DNA from: Balanoglossus misakiensis
Lineage: Eukaryota > Animalia > Hemichordata
Assembly (NCBI GenBank): GCA_040954595.2
Contig: CM082577.2
Span: 3,906,305 to 3,970,304 of the forward strand
Reading direction: 5' to 3'
DNA: 64,000 nt
Shown: in pieces, positions 63,037 to 64,000 of the stretch
Numbering within the stretch: the first letter of the stretch is position 1
Layout: the number at the start of each line of letters is the position of its first letter
Made by a program: the position numbers and the translations under genes
Notes under the pieces: generated by a model
What the model saw: the letters and a program-made list of their open reading frames with translations, nothing else
What the model was told of the DNA's origin: nothing
Databases searched by the model: none

Positions 63037-64000
63037 TGTCAGTGCAATACTTCTACATTCATCAACTGCATAAATCACTGGATTTGGTTGTCTAGCATAT
63101 ATACCAGTTTGTGCCTTAACTTGTCCTCAACAGGGGCCTCTCAACAGACCAAGTTCTTTGATGGCTTGCAAATTCATACTGTTCAGAAGCACTTGCCTGA
63201 GTTAATCTCTCTGTCAGTCATTGCACAAGATCCAAGCACTTTGCTTACCTGTTCATGTAAATTTTCTTCCTGTTATAATTAATTTTCAATAAAGAATAAG
63301 CAACATGATGCCAACTTTCTCTCCCAAGTCTTTTAACATTTATCTGAATATGACAAAATATCTTATTCTGCAGAATCCCAGGTGTTCACAAAAGCCACTA
63401 ACACAGATGTGAAATATATGAGAGTGAACAAAAATAACAAAGAACGTACATGTCCAGCAACTGTAAAGATGGCATTTACTGCTATCCACCTCAACTGATC
63501 AAACTCTTCTTAATTATTCAACTGCATGCGTGAATAATTTAGTAACATGTTTGCATGGTGCACCCATAAGCCTGTAAATTCAAAGCAGTGTGCGAGACTA
63601 TACATATGGGATGTGATATATTATCAGACAGGATTAGAACATTCATACAAAACTGGCTTAGGTTCGCATATGGTTGGAAGTTGGCCAACAAAATATTGTC
63701 AATTAAAAATGCATGTGACGATACATGCACAGGCAGACAGACAGAGAAATCAAAGGTCAACGGGCGTCCAGTGCATCATTATTTAGTGGCCAATTATTTG
63801 TGTGAACACCGTAGAGATTTCTAACAAAAATTATAATTCAAAGATTCCTGCCGTCCTGGAGTAATACTCAACGATCCGACAACTGTCGAGGAAGACATCG
63901 ATTTGCAAATCTGCCCCTTTGGGTAGACTTTATGCAGGAAATAGTAAGCCTACTGTACTGGGGGGGGGATCAGTCTGACAGAAATCAGTGGAATAGCGCG

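Overview
Eukaryotic, intron-rich animal genomic DNA; an invertebrate deuterostome is plausible, but that is inference. The window holds two tandem, same-strand NMDA-receptor GluN2-like (GRIN2) genes. The first is 5'-partial (10 coding exons, 1351-8697, C-terminus ETTL). The second is complete (11 coding exons, 12898-57455, about 1004 aa, C-terminus ESSV) and has a 29.2-kb first intron. They are followed by a head-to-head housekeeping pair: HAUS2 on the minus strand (5 exons, about 218 aa) and an FTCDNL1-like formiminotransferase gene on the plus strand (4 coding exons, about 339 aa), which share a promoter with ZNF143, YY1 and ETS motifs. All exon joins were checked by hand for GT-AG boundaries and phase. 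The introns contain Harbinger and Tc1-type MITEs, a poly(A) retroposon with a target-site duplication (TSD), and a non-autonomous Kolobok-type element that keeps the 5' ends of two convergent genes (THAP and a KolX/P2X7-ballast-like ORF). The most notable signals are four. (1) The second GluN2 paralog has a GluN2 pore but GluN1-like residues in the agonist pocket (TVAQTSVE, TTGF). (2) Both paralogs deviate in the usually highly conserved SYTANLAAF gate (LYTANLTAH and MYTGNLAAH). (3) A 23-bp intronic hairpin has its only mismatches as G:U wobbles on the sense strand. (4) A CTCF-like site sits between the receptor cluster and the housekeeping genes. All family comparisons are from remembered reference sequences; no database searches were run.
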